From an uncultured Bacilli bacterium (GTDB taxonomy: Bacteria > Bacillota_I > Bacilli_A > RF39 > UBA660), in contig CALVJW010000001.1 of the NCBI GenBank assembly GCA_944332435.1, positions 16,370 through 80,369 on the forward strand: a DNA stretch of 64,000 nt, in the 5' to 3' direction. A program made the position numbers and the translations under genes. Below, one piece after another: positions 52,256 through 62,384 of the stretch. Below the pieces are notes generated by a model, which saw nothing but the letters and a program-made list of their open reading frames with translations, had not been told where the DNA came from and did no database searches. Each line of letters opens with the position of its first letter. Position 1 is the stretch's first letter.

Positions 52256-52891
52256 ATGAATTATGAAATATTAGTAAATAAAGAAAATCCAATTGAGGTT
52301 GAATATTTAAATCAAGTTATAATTCCAAATTTAGAAGAAGTACAATTTTTTAGAGATAATGATGATATATTTGAAGACTTTAAAATTACTGATAAAAAAA
52401 TTTTTCTTGAAAAACAAACTAAGATTGCATTTTATGAACTTAGAAAATTTTTAAATAAACAAGGAATTTTGTTTGATATTTGTTCTGGATATTTATCGCT
52501 TGAAAATCAAAAAAACAAATATAATTCTTTTCTTGAACGTAATGGAGAAGCATTAACAAAAAATAGAATACCTATGCCGGGATGTAGTGAACATCACACT
52601 GGTTTAGCTATTGATTGTGATTTTTATAAAGACGGTGATTGGGCTGGTATTTGTCCATTAGAAGATGGAACTGAAAATGAGGAAACAAAATATATTCATA
52701 GTATTTTATCCGACTTTGGTTTTGTTTTAAGATTCCCTAAAAATAAGACTAATATAACAGGAATGCAGTATGAACCTTGGCATATTAGATATGTAGGTAA
52801 AGAGTTGGCAAAAAAATTAGAAAGTGAAAATAAAACATTAGAAGAGTATTATATAGAATTTGGTTATATTAAAGGTCAAATAAAAAAATAA
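52256..52891 (+). CDS. M15-family D-Ala-D-Ala carboxypeptidase (VanY-like)
   Basis: SEHHTGLAIDC and EPWHIRYVG zinc-ligand motifs. Confidence 0.85.
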   Translation: MNYEILVNKENPIEVEYLNQVIIPNLEEVQFFRDNDDIFEDFKITDKKIFLEKQTKIAFYELRKFLNKQGILFDICSGYLSLENQKNKYNSFLERNGEALTKNRIPMPGCSEHHTGLAIDCDFYKDGDWAGICPLEDGTENEETKYIHSILSDFGFVLRFPKNKTNITGMQYEPWHIRYVGKELAKKLESENKTLEEYYIEFGYIKGQIKK

Positions 52892-52892
52892 T

Positions 52893-53051
52893 TTGTATCA
52901 CCAAAAGCCATTAATCGGGATTAAAGGAAGATTACAAACAAGACAAATTTCATTAGATGATGAAACAACTCGTAATTCAGTAGAAGTTGTTGCCGAACGT
53001 GTAACGTTTTTATCTAGTAATAAAAAAATAGACGAAGATAGAAAAAAATAG
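52893..53051 (+). pseudogene. ssb: ssb 3' half, copy B
   Basis: LYHQKPLIGIKGRLQTRQISLDDETTRNSVEVVAERVTFLSSNKKIDEDRKK*. Starts 1 nt after the vanY-like stop. Confidence 0.65.
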
Positions 53052-53072
53052 AACAAATTTGTTCTATTTTTT
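53042..53072. terminator. Bidirectional terminator
   Basis: A7-TAGAAC-aaattt-GTTCTA-T6, between convergent units. Confidence 0.65.
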
Positions 53073-53321
53073 CTTGCTTTCTTTTTTCTTGTTACTATTT
53101 GTTCCTTTTTTTAAGAATTCTTTACGATCTTTTAATTCGTCGTAAAAAATATCATCTGGTTTTAAATCAAATACTTTAGCAATTTGAATTGCTAATTCAT
53201 AAGTAACACGACGTTGATTATTTTCTAATTGCCAATAAAATGGCTTACTAATTCCTACTAGTTCGGCCATTTCTCTAAAATTATATCCATTTTCAATTCT
53301 TAATTGTTTTAATTTTTCCAT
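53064..53321 (-). CDS. XRE-family HTH regulator (CI/Cro-like)
   Basis: MAELVGISKPFYWQLENNQRRV. About 45% identical to the 50506 XRE by eye. Confidence 0.85.
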   Translation of the reverse strand: MEKLKQLRIENGYNFREMAELVGISKPFYWQLENNQRRVTYELAIQIAKVFDLKPDDIFYDELKDRKEFLKKGTNSNKKKESKKK

Positions 53322-53462
53322 AGTACACTCCGTTCTTCTACATGCATATTATAACTAATTTTATACATAATAGCAATAGAAAATAGTTACTCTGTTGTGA
53401 ATTACATAAATTTGACATTCATTGATTGCTATAATGAACACATAAATATTGGAAGTGATAAT

Positions 53463-53819
53463 ATGTTTTTAGGAGAAAGGCTAAAGAAACTCAGATTAGA
53501 AAAAGGTTTATCTCAACAAGAGTTAGGAGATCTAATTGGAGTATCAAAAGTATCGATTAGTGAATATGAAAATGGAAATCGAATTCCATTATTAAATAAC
53601 TTTAATGAGTTATTAGATGTATTCCACGTAACAGCTGATTATTTCTTAGGTAGAGATATGATAGCGGTAAGTGAAGAAGAAGAACCATATACTTATCGTA
53701 TTGCAAAAGAAGATATCGATATTCTAAAAGCATTGAAAAATGAAAAGTCTTTATATTTAAAACTATATCGTGATCCAATAAGAACCGTAGAATTAATTCA
53801 AAGAAAATTAAATAAATAG
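53463..53819 (+). CDS. XRE-family HTH regulator
   Basis: LGERLKKLRLEKGLSQQELGDLIGVSKVSISEYENGNR. Divergent from 53064..53321. Confidence 0.85.
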   Translation: MFLGERLKKLRLEKGLSQQELGDLIGVSKVSISEYENGNRIPLLNNFNELLDVFHVTADYFLGRDMIAVSEEEEPYTYRIAKEDIDILKALKNEKSLYLKLYRDPIRTVELIQRKLNK

Positions 53820-53917
53820 TGCTAGTTAGCACTTTTTTTATTGTCAAGTAGTTGTTTTCTTATTTTTATCTAGATAGACACGTGATATAATAATATTGAT
53901 ACTAAAGGAGAGTTATT

Positions 53918-55192
53918 ATGAATATTATAGAAATTATTAATAAAAAACGTGAAAAACAAATACTAACGAAAGAAGAAATTGAATTTGCGGTAACTGGTTT
54001 TTGTACTGGAGAAGTAAAAGATTATCAAATGTCAAGTTTATTAATGGCTATCTGTTTAAATGGGTTATCACAAGAAGAGACTTTTTATTTAACTGATTGT
54101 ATGTTACATAGTGGTGATACAATTGATTTATCTAGTATTCACGGTATTAAAGTAGATAAGCATTCTACTGGTGGAGTTGGGGATAAAACAACGATTATTT
54201 TAGCCCCCCTAGTGGCAAGTTTAGGAGTACCAGTTGCTAAAATGAGTGGAAGAGGGCTTGGATATACTGGTGGAACTATTGATAAGTTAGAATCGATTCC
54301 TGGGTTTCAAGTAACAAAAACAGAAAAAGAATTCATCAAACAAGTAAATGAAATTGGTGTTAGTGTAGTAGGACAAACTGGTGATTTGGTTCCAGCTGAT
54401 AAAAAAATCTATGCATTACGAGATGTAACAGGGACTGTTTCTTCTATACCGCTAATTGCGAGTAGTATTATGAGTAAAAAAATAGCTAGTGGAGCAGATA
54501 AGATTGTAATTGATGTGAAAGTAGGAGAAGGGGCACTCGTAAACAATATAGAAGATGCAAGAACACTAGCCCATACTATGGTAGAAATTGGAAAACGCTA
54601 TCAAAAACAAACAGTTTGTATTTTAACAAACATGGATGAACCATTGGGATGTAATATTGGGAATGCTTTAGAAGTACAAGAATGTATTGAAATATTGCAA
54701 GGAGGAGGTCCAAAAGATTTAAAGGATTTGGTAATTACACTTGCAAGTTATATGGTAATGCTAGGAAAAGAAATTTCATTACAAGAAGCAAAAGTACAAG
54801 TAATTGAACAATTAACAAGTGGAAAAGCTTATGATAAATTTTTAGAATTTATAAAAGCCCAAGAAGGAGATATTACAAAGTTAATGGTAGCACCAAAAGT
54901 ATTTTCTGTAAAAAGTGTTAAGACTGGTTTTGTTGAAACGATTGATGCTTTAAAAATTGGAAAATTAGTTCATGATATCGGGGCTGGTCGTACTAAAAAA
55001 GAAGATGAGATTCACTATGGTGTTGGTGTGAAAATTAATAAAAAACCTGGTGACTTTGTAACGGAAGGAGAAGAATTAATAAAAGTTTACTTAGATACAA
55101 TTGACTGTAAGATGCAAGATGTATTGGACTGTTTTGTCATTGCTAATGATGCAAAAGTAAATCAAACGCTCATTTATGAAGTGATTGAATAG
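53918..55192 (+). CDS. pdp: Pyrimidine-nucleoside (thymidine) phosphorylase
   Basis: DKHSTGGVGDKTT, SGRGLGYTGGTIDKLE. Confidence 0.9.
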   Translation: MNIIEIINKKREKQILTKEEIEFAVTGFCTGEVKDYQMSSLLMAICLNGLSQEETFYLTDCMLHSGDTIDLSSIHGIKVDKHSTGGVGDKTTIILAPLVASLGVPVAKMSGRGLGYTGGTIDKLESIPGFQVTKTEKEFIKQVNEIGVSVVGQTGDLVPADKKIYALRDVTGTVSSIPLIASSIMSKKIASGADKIVIDVKVGEGALVNNIEDARTLAHTMVEIGKRYQKQTVCILTNMDEPLGCNIGNALEVQECIEILQGGGPKDLKDLVITLASYMVMLGKEISLQEAKVQVIEQLTSGKAYDKFLEFIKAQEGDITKLMVAPKVFSVKSVKTGFVETIDALKIGKLVHDIGAGRTKKEDEIHYGVGVKINKKPGDFVTEGEELIKVYLDTIDCKMQDVLDCFVIANDAKVNQTLIYEVIE

Positions 55193-55274
55193 GTGTCTAG
55201 TTTTGTCAATTGAGCGTAATTCACTTGTAAATAGTAAAAAATCATTATATGATTATATTGTAGGAGAGTGAAAT

Positions 55275-55475
55275 ATGTTATATCCATCAATTGATAAGCT
55301 ACTAAATCATGTAGGCTCTAAATATTTACTTGTAAATGTTGTTTCTAAAAGAGCAAAAGAAATGATAGAAACGGGACATTATCAATTAAAAGAAGAAGAG
55401 TATAAATCTTCAAAACCAATTGGAAGAGCGCTTGAAGAAGTAGCCAAAGACTTAATTCATTTAAAAGAGAATTAG
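55275..55475 (+). CDS. rpoZ: DNA-directed RNA polymerase subunit omega
   Basis: 66 aa. MLYPSIDKLL...SKYLLVNVVSKRAKEM. Confidence 0.8.
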   Translation: MLYPSIDKLLNHVGSKYLLVNVVSKRAKEMIETGHYQLKEEEYKSSKPIGRALEEVAKDLIHLKEN

Positions 55476-55546
55476 GTCTTTTTTTAAGAAAGAATAGAAA
55501 TCACTTTGGTTTTGTGATATACTGTAAATAGTAGCGGGGTGTATGT

Positions 55547-57790
55547 ATGGCAAAGAAGAAAAAAAGAAAAGATACCAAGAAAAAAGGAAGTAATTATCAA
55601 GTTGAATTAAAAGGGTTAGGCCTAATTTTAATTGCCATTATTGGATTTGGTCGTTTTGGCATTGTTGGAAAATTAATTAGTGCATTTGCTGTATTTTTAG
55701 TAGGAACTTGGTTTAACGTTTTATTAGCAGCAATCTTTGTTATTGGAACTTATATGATGGTAAAACGAGAAAAACCAGATTTTTTTACGTCTAAGTTATT
55801 TGGACTTTATCTCTTTTTTATTGGATTACTTATCTTTTCTCACTTAGATTATATTATTCATAATGATTTAAAAGATTTTGAAATGATTAAAGAAACAATT
55901 AATAATTTTATGGCTTCTACCAAGACTATTATGAATGTACAAGGTGGAGGAATTATTGGGGCAATCTTTTCTTTAGCGTTTGTAAAATTATTTGATATTA
56001 ATGGGACAAGAATTGTAACTTGGGCACTGCTTATTTGTGGAGTTGTCATGTTTACTGGTATGAGTATTGCGGATATGTTCCATACTGTAATTGATAAGTC
56101 AAAGAAAGCACGTGAAAGACGTCAAAAATTACGTGAAGAAGAAGAGGAAGAAGAAAAATTAGTCATTAATGAAGCAGAAGAACCAGAAGAAAAAGATGAT
56201 AAAATTGTTGTTACGAGTATGGATGAATTAATTGGAAAAAAAGCACCAGTGGAGAAAGAAACTGAGGAAGAAGAAATTGCTTACCGTGAGGATACAGGTG
56301 AAATTATTGAAGAGGAAAAACAAAAACCTTATCAATTACCACCAATTTCTATTTTATCTCCAAGAAAGAAAACAAAAGGAAATGAAAATGCTAAAGTAAT
56401 TAATGAAAATAAAAAAATATTAGAACAAGTATGTAGTGATTTTGGAATTTCTGGACATGTAGTAGCAGCGAATATTGGACCGAATGTTACACAATATGAA
56501 ATGGATTTAAAATCAGGTACAAGGGTAAGTAAAATACTTAGTATTGATAAAGAAATTGCACTTGCATTAGCCGCAAAACACGTTCATATTCAAGCGCCAA
56601 TTCCTGGTAAAAAGACAATAGGGATTGAACTACCAAATAAAGTAACAACCATGGTAATGGTTCGTGAAATATTAGAACAAGTACCAAGTCAATATCAAAA
56701 TTCGAAGTTACTAGCAGTACTTGGCCGTGATATTATGAATCGCCCACAATGGTTTGAAATTAATAAAACACCACACCTTTTAGTAGCTGGTTCAACTGGT
56801 AGTGGTAAATCGGTATGTATTAATAGTATTATTATTTCTATTTTAATGCGCTCAAAACCAGATGAGGTAAAATTAGTATTAGTTGACCCAAAAAAAGTAG
56901 AACTTAGTATGTATAATGGAGTTCCACACTTATTAGCTCCAGTAGTGACGGATCCTAAAAAAGCCAATATTGCATTAAAGAAAATTGTTGTGGAGATGGA
57001 ACGACGTTATGAGTTATTTAGTGAAAATGGAACAAAAAATATTGCTGGATATAATGCGCAAATAGAGAAAACAAATGCTATGTTACCGGAAGCAGATCGT
57101 AAAAAGAAATTACCTTATATTGTGGTGATTCTTGATGAATTAGCTGACTTAATGTTAGTTGCAGCCAAAGAAGTAGAAGACTCTATTATGCGTATTACCC
57201 AAATGGCACGTGCTGCAGGAATTCACTTGATTGTCGCAACACAAAGACCAAGTACCGATGTTATTACGGGAGTTGTAAAGGCCAATATTCCATCACGTAT
57301 TAGTTTTGCCGTAGCAAGTAGTATTGACTCACGTACGATTTTAGGAATGACAGGGGCAGAAAAATTACTTGGTAAGGGGGATATGTTATTCTTACCACAA
57401 GGAGAAAATACACCAATTCGTATTCAAGGTACTTTTATTGATGAAGATGAAATTAAAAAAGTAGTAGATTATACGATTAAACAACAAAAAGCCCATTACG
57501 ATAGTACGCTAACAATGGATGAAGAAGAAATGCATGCGACAACGATGGTTGGAAATGAAAACAGTGGTAATGATTATGAAGAACCACTTTATAATGATAT
57601 TGTAGAATTTGTTGTAACACAAGGGAAAGCTAGTGCTTCTTTATTACAACGAAGATTTCACTTAGGATATAATAGAGCAGCGAGATGTATTGATTTACTA
57701 GAAGAAAGAGGAATTATTGGACCATCAAGAGGTTCAAAGCCAAGAGAAGTCTTAGTTAAAGTAGAAGGACAAGAACAACAAGAATCGTAA
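55547..57790 (+). CDS. ftsK: DNA translocase FtsK/SpoIIIE
   Basis: N-terminal TMs, acidic linker, AGSTGSGKS Walker A, VVILDELADL, and the gamma wHTH (LLQRRFHLGYNRAARCIDLLE). Confidence 0.92.
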   Translation: MAKKKKRKDTKKKGSNYQVELKGLGLILIAIIGFGRFGIVGKLISAFAVFLVGTWFNVLLAAIFVIGTYMMVKREKPDFFTSKLFGLYLFFIGLLIFSHLDYIIHNDLKDFEMIKETINNFMASTKTIMNVQGGGIIGAIFSLAFVKLFDINGTRIVTWALLICGVVMFTGMSIADMFHTVIDKSKKARERRQKLREEEEEEEKLVINEAEEPEEKDDKIVVTSMDELIGKKAPVEKETEEEEIAYREDTGEIIEEEKQKPYQLPPISILSPRKKTKGNENAKVINENKKILEQVCSDFGISGHVVAANIGPNVTQYEMDLKSGTRVSKILSIDKEIALALAAKHVHIQAPIPGKKTIGIELPNKVTTMVMVREILEQVPSQYQNSKLLAVLGRDIMNRPQWFEINKTPHLLVAGSTGSGKSVCINSIIISILMRSKPDEVKLVLVDPKKVELSMYNGVPHLLAPVVTDPKKANIALKKIVVEMERRYELFSENGTKNIAGYNAQIEKTNAMLPEADRKKKLPYIVVILDELADLMLVAAKEVEDSIMRITQMARAAGIHLIVATQRPSTDVITGVVKANIPSRISFAVASSIDSRTILGMTGAEKLLGKGDMLFLPQGENTPIRIQGTFIDEDEIKKVVDYTIKQQKAHYDSTLTMDEEEMHATTMVGNENSGNDYEEPLYNDIVEFVVTQGKASASLLQRRFHLGYNRAARCIDLLEERGIIGPSRGSKPREVLVKVEGQEQQES

Positions 57791-57878
57791 TATTTATTGA
57801 AGAAGGAATCAAATATCAGTTTGATTCTTTTTTCAAATAGAGTTTTGTATGTTATAATAAGTAAAGGGAAGTGAAAAT

Positions 57879-59003
57879 ATGGTGTACTTAGATTATTCAG
57901 CAACAACGCCAGTAAATGAAGAAGTTTTAGATAGTTTTTGTAAAGCAACAAAAACATTTATTGGAAATGCTAATTCATTACATACATTAGGTATTAAAAG
58001 TAAAAAAATGATTGATAGAGCAACCAAACAGATTGCTAGTTTATTACAAGTAAAAGAAAATGAACTGATTTATACAAGTGGTTCCAGTGAAGCAAATAAT
58101 TTAGCAATCAAAGGAATTTGTTTCAAGTATCAAAATCGTGGGAAACATATTATTACAACACAGTTAGAACATTCTTCCATTTTAGAACCGTTAGAATATT
58201 TAAAAACGTTAGGTTTTACTGTTGATTATGTCTCAGTAACAAAAGATGGTAGAGTGGACTTAGAACATTTAAAAAAACTAATGCGGGAAGATACGATTTT
58301 AGTAACGATTGCTTCTGTTTCAAGTGAATTAGGAATAGAACAACCAATCAAAGAAATTGCCGAGATTGTAAAAAAATATCCAAAATGCTTTTTTCATAGT
58401 GATATGACACAAAGTATCGGAAAAATAGAAATCCCATTATCTTATGTTGATTTAGCTAGTTTTTCAGCCCATAAATTCTATGGGATAAAAGGTATTGGAT
58501 GTTTAGTAAAAAAAGAAAAGATTGAATTGCTACCACTAATTCATGGTGGAGAAAGTACTTCTATTTATCGTAGTGGAACACCAGCACTACCTTTAATCGT
58601 AAGCTTAGCAAAAGCTCTTCGTTTAGCATTTACCAATTTAAATCAGAAAATCGAATATGTAACAGTGTTAAAACAGCATTTGATTTCTGAGTTGAAAAAA
58701 AATCCAGATATTATAATAAATAGTACCGATTATTCTATTCCTTATATTGTTAATTTTAGTGTGACAAAAGTAAAGCCAGAAACATTACTTCACGCTTTAG
58801 AACAATATGAAATTTATATTTCAACAAAGAGTGCTTGTTCTAGCCATAGTAAAGAAAGTAAGGCCGTATTTGCACTTACACATGACCAAGAGCGTTCTAG
58901 CCATAGTTTGCGAGTTAGTATTAGTGCGCTTACGACAAAAAAAGAAATCGATTATTTTATTGAAAAGTTAAATTTATGTTTAGAAAAATTAATGTTGAGG
59001 TAA
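57879..59003 (+). CDS. Cysteine desulfurase (NifS/class V aminotransferase)
   Basis: SGSSEANN, PLP-lysine context SFSAHKFYGIKG, active-site STKSACSS. Confidence 0.85.
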   Translation: MVYLDYSATTPVNEEVLDSFCKATKTFIGNANSLHTLGIKSKKMIDRATKQIASLLQVKENELIYTSGSSEANNLAIKGICFKYQNRGKHIITTQLEHSSILEPLEYLKTLGFTVDYVSVTKDGRVDLEHLKKLMREDTILVTIASVSSELGIEQPIKEIAEIVKKYPKCFFHSDMTQSIGKIEIPLSYVDLASFSAHKFYGIKGIGCLVKKEKIELLPLIHGGESTSIYRSGTPALPLIVSLAKALRLAFTNLNQKIEYVTVLKQHLISELKKNPDIIINSTDYSIPYIVNFSVTKVKPETLLHALEQYEIYISTKSACSSHSKESKAVFALTHDQERSSHSLRVSISALTTKKEIDYFIEKLNLCLEKLMLR

Positions 59004-59009
59004 TGAGGT

Positions 59010-59567
59010 ATGAAAATAAAATATTATAGTGTTATGATAGTAATCGGATTGGTTTGTTTATTACCAGTTCGTGTAATGGCAAAAGAAAAAATAACCCTTT
59101 ATTTTTTCCATGGAAACACATGTGTTCATTGTCAAGCAGCATGGGAATACTTAAATGAAATTGCCCCTGACTATCCAAATATCGAGGTGGTAGGGTATGA
59201 AGTATTTGATGATGCGGCCAATGAACAATTATTATCACAAGTAAAAGAAGTACTAGGTTCTGATAGTCGTGGAGTTCCCTTTTTTGTAATTGGAGAACGT
59301 TATTTAACTGGGTTTAATGAAGCAAGAAAAGAAGACTTAAAAGCAATTATGGATTATTATTTGGATCATTCAAATGAATATCAAGATGTGGTAAAAAAAG
59401 TAGTATCTGGTGAATATGCACAAGAAGAAAAAGAAAATATTATAGAAGAGGTTCATCCTGTAAATATGAATCAAATGCGAAGAAAAGAAATGATTCAAAA
59501 TATTCTTGTTTTTAGTGGGTTATTAATTGTATTAAGTGGTATTTTAGTGGCGTTACATAAAAAGTAG
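59010..59567 (+). CDS. Secreted/anchored thioredoxin-fold protein
   Basis: Signal peptide, FFHGNTCVHCQ CxxC motif, C-terminal TM. Confidence 0.6.
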   Translation: MKIKYYSVMIVIGLVCLLPVRVMAKEKITLYFFHGNTCVHCQAAWEYLNEIAPDYPNIEVVGYEVFDDAANEQLLSQVKEVLGSDSRGVPFFVIGERYLTGFNEARKEDLKAIMDYYLDHSNEYQDVVKKVVSGEYAQEEKENIIEEVHPVNMNQMRRKEMIQNILVFSGLLIVLSGILVALHKK

Positions 59568-59624
59568 TGAGCCACTTTTTTCATATTTTGAAACTTGATT
59601 CATAAATTTAATAGGAGGAAATTT

Positions 59625-60122
59625 ATGAATGTGAAAGGAAATCAATCTTATCCAGAACCTAGGGTAGAATGTAAAAATTTATATTATGCAAATTTATTAT
59701 CAGAAGCTTATGCTGGAAGTGTGAGTGAAGATACTGCAGTCCATTTGTATTTTTATCAACATTTGATATTAGAGGAAGATTATGCAGAAATCTCTGACAT
59801 ATTGGAAAAAATTTCAATTGTTGAAATGCATCATTTAGAATTGTTAGGACAAACAATTACATTATTAGGCGGAACCCCTATTTTTGGTGTCAATAAAAAT
59901 AGAGAAGTAGTCTATTGGAATGGAAATAATGTTAATTATAATCAAAATATACGGGATATATTGAAAATAGATATGGATGCGGAAAAAGAAGCAATTAAAA
60001 ATTATGAATATACTTTACAAGTAATTCAAGATAGATTCATTCAAGAATTATTAGAAAGAATTATTGAAGATGAAAAAATTCATTTACAAATATTTGAAAA
60101 TTTATATCAAAAACTAAAATAA
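59625..60122 (+). CDS. Ferritin-like di-iron protein (CotJC / manganese-catalase family)
   Basis: YPEP...AGSVSEDTAVHLY, VEMHHLE, DAEKEA, EDEKIHL: four-helix ExxH pattern. ATG behind AGGAGG. Confidence 0.55.
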   Translation: MNVKGNQSYPEPRVECKNLYYANLLSEAYAGSVSEDTAVHLYFYQHLILEEDYAEISDILEKISIVEMHHLELLGQTITLLGGTPIFGVNKNREVVYWNGNNVNYNQNIRDILKIDMDAEKEAIKNYEYTLQVIQDRFIQELLERIIEDEKIHLQIFENLYQKLK

Positions 60123-60137
60123 AAGGAAAGTTTATAA

Positions 60138-60368
60138 TTACTTTCCTTTTTTAAATACACCAGATAAGGGATTAGAAAATCTTCTTGAGTAATTTTCATT
60201 ATCAAATTGTTTTAATTCCGCTATTTTATTTAATTTTTCTGGTTCCTTGTTTTTCTTTTCAATCATTTTTCTAATTTCATTTTGTTGTTTAATATAATCA
60301 AATGGTGTTTGTTGCATCCCTGGTAACGTTGGATGTTCTTGCATTTGTTTTGGGTCTCTTATAATCAT
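60138..60368 (-). CDS. Hypothetical protein
   Basis: 76-aa hydrophilic ORF. Confidence 0.35.
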   Translation of the reverse strand: MIIRDPKQMQEHPTLPGMQQTPFDYIKQQNEIRKMIEKKNKEPEKLNKIAELKQFDNENYSRRFSNPLSGVFKKGK

Positions 60369-60467
60369 ATTCTCACCTGTTTTTAGTATAACATATTTTT
60401 ATTATTTAATAAAGAATGGCTGTGATAAATTCTTTTTTTTGTCATAGGATGAAATGAGGAGGAATTT

Positions 60468-61712
60468 ATGAGATTATTTCAATCAAAAGTATGGAAGGCA
60501 TACCGATTTCCGTTAATTTTGTTTTTTAGTGTTATCATTGGATGCATATTAGGTGTTATATTAAAAAGTGATGCCGTGATATTAAAACCATTCGGAGAAA
60601 TTTTCTTAAATATGATGTATACCATTGTTGTACCACTTGTCTTTTTTACCATTTCTAGTAGCGTTGCTAACATGGTTGACATGAAACGTCTTGGAAGAAT
60701 ATTGAAGTATTTATTTTTTGTTTTCTTTGCGACTAGTTTTGTTGCCGCATTATTAATGCTTCTTTTTACGTTCTTTATTGATCCAGTCGGAAATACCAAT
60801 ATTGCACTTGAGGTCGGTGAGACAATCGAAAAAATTGATGTGAAAGAACAAATTGTAAGTGCACTTACAGTATCTGATTTTTCTAATTTACTATCAAGAA
60901 GCAATATGTTACCACTTATTATTTTTACTTGTTTATTTGGAATTGGTGTTAGTTTAGTAGGAAAACAAGCAGCTGGAATTGCTAAAGGTTTAGATGCTTT
61001 ATCACAAGTCATGATGAAAATCGTTAAAATTATTATGTACTATGCTCCAATTGGCTTATGTGCTTATTTTGCATCATTAATTGGGGAGTTTGGCCCAAAT
61101 TTAATTGGCAGTTATGCGAAGAGTATGGTGTTATATTATGGATTATGTATTGTATATTTCTTTGTTTTTTATACCATTTATGCATATTTAGCGGGAGGAA
61201 AAAAAGGAATTCGTACCTTTTATCAAAGTGTTATGCCAATTGCCGTTACATCACTTGCCACCCAAAGTTCACTTGCTAGTTTACCCACGAATTTAGAAAA
61301 TACAGCAGAAATGAAAGTTCCAAAAGATGTTAGAGAAGTTGTACTTCCGATTGGTGCTACCATGCATATGGAAGGTAGTGCCATGGCAGCTATTTTAAAA
61401 ATTGTCTTTTTATTCGGTATTTTTAATAAACCATTTGTTGGCCTTGATACTTATTTCATAGCTATTTTAGTTGCTGTATTGTCAGGTGTTGTAATGTCTG
61501 GTATTCCAGGTGGTGGTTTGATCGGTGAGATGTTAATTGTAAATTTATATGGTTTCCCACCAGCAGCATTTCCAATTATCGCTACAATTGGTTTCTTAGT
61601 TGATCCACCAGCAACTTGTTTAAACGTAACAGGGGATAGTGTAACTGCTATGATGGTAACAAGATTAGTAGAAGGTAAAAATTGGTTAAAGAAAAAGTTC
61701 ACCACTGCGTGA
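60468..61712 (+). CDS. Dicarboxylate/amino acid:cation symporter (DAACS)
   Basis: About 8 TM plus re-entrant loops. SSVANM, LPIGATMHMEGSA, TGDSVTAM motifs. Confidence 0.85.
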   Translation: MRLFQSKVWKAYRFPLILFFSVIIGCILGVILKSDAVILKPFGEIFLNMMYTIVVPLVFFTISSSVANMVDMKRLGRILKYLFFVFFATSFVAALLMLLFTFFIDPVGNTNIALEVGETIEKIDVKEQIVSALTVSDFSNLLSRSNMLPLIIFTCLFGIGVSLVGKQAAGIAKGLDALSQVMMKIVKIIMYYAPIGLCAYFASLIGEFGPNLIGSYAKSMVLYYGLCIVYFFVFYTIYAYLAGGKKGIRTFYQSVMPIAVTSLATQSSLASLPTNLENTAEMKVPKDVREVVLPIGATMHMEGSAMAAILKIVFLFGIFNKPFVGLDTYFIAILVAVLSGVVMSGIPGGGLIGEMLIVNLYGFPPAAFPIIATIGFLVDPPATCLNVTGDSVTAMMVTRLVEGKNWLKKKFTTA

Positions 61713-61716
61713 ACTT

Positions 61717-62334
61717 TTAAATTTTTCGATATAATCCAATTGCTTTTCCTAAAATGGTTACGTTAGGTAATAAAATTGGTGCCATAGTATCATTTTCTGG
61801 TTGTAAGCGAATATGATCTGTTTCTTTATAGAAACGTTTTAATGTTACTTCATTTTCTTCTGTCATAGCTGCAACAATCTCTCCATTACGAGCTACATTT
61901 TGTTTAGCAATAATAATAATATCTCCATCTAATATTCCAGCATTTATCATACTTTCACCACTTACTTTTAAAGTAAATACTTCTTTATCACTTGGTACTA
62001 AGTAAGATGGTAAAGAAAAGTATTCATCAGGATTTTCAATTGCTTCAATTGGACTCCCAGCTGTAATTTTTCCAAGTAATGGAACATCAATCACATCTTC
62101 ATCTTGTTTTGCAAATTCGTTTTCAACTAATAATTCAATGGCACGATTTTTTGCTTCTTCTTTTTTAATAAATCCTTTACTTTCCAAATTATTTAAATGT
62201 GCATGAATGGTAGCTGGTGAAGAGACTCCTAAAGCTTTTCCAATTTCTCTTACAGTTGGCGGATATCCGTATTTTACGATGTATTCTTTAATATAAGTTA
62301 AAATTTCTTGTTGTCGCTTGGTAAGTTCTTTCAT
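61717..62334 (-). CDS. lexA: LexA repressor
   Basis: LTKRQQEILTYIKEYI...PPTVREIG wHTH. S24 peptidase with GESM ... VTLKR. Confidence 0.95.
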   Translation of the reverse strand: MKELTKRQQEILTYIKEYIVKYGYPPTVREIGKALGVSSPATIHAHLNNLESKGFIKKEEAKNRAIELLVENEFAKQDEDVIDVPLLGKITAGSPIEAIENPDEYFSLPSYLVPSDKEVFTLKVSGESMINAGILDGDIIIIAKQNVARNGEIVAAMTEENEVTLKRFYKETDHIRLQPENDTMAPILLPNVTILGKAIGLYRKI

Positions 62335-62384
62335 CGTATGACCCCTTTCTCTGTCATTATCATATCAGAAAGTTACCTTTTTGT

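Noticed and set aside
53412-53435. TTGACA ... TATAAT pair upstream of the 53463 XRE gene
   Set aside because: The spacer is only 12 nt, so the two hexamers cannot act as one sigma-A promoter.
57658-57957. 99-aa minus-strand ORF spanning the ftsK end and the desulfurase start
   Set aside because: It overlaps two well-supported plus-strand genes and their intergenic terminator. It is a shadow ORF.
60411-60440. Hairpin plus T8 28 nt upstream of the symporter start, considered as an attenuator or riboswitch terminator
   Set aside because: The stem is 7 bp with a single G-C pair. The whole intergenic region is only 100 nt, too short and too weak to support a riboswitch call.
60479-61012. 177-aa ORF on the minus strand
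   Set aside because: It is antisense to the well-supported DAACS symporter gene and has low-complexity composition. It is a shadow ORF.
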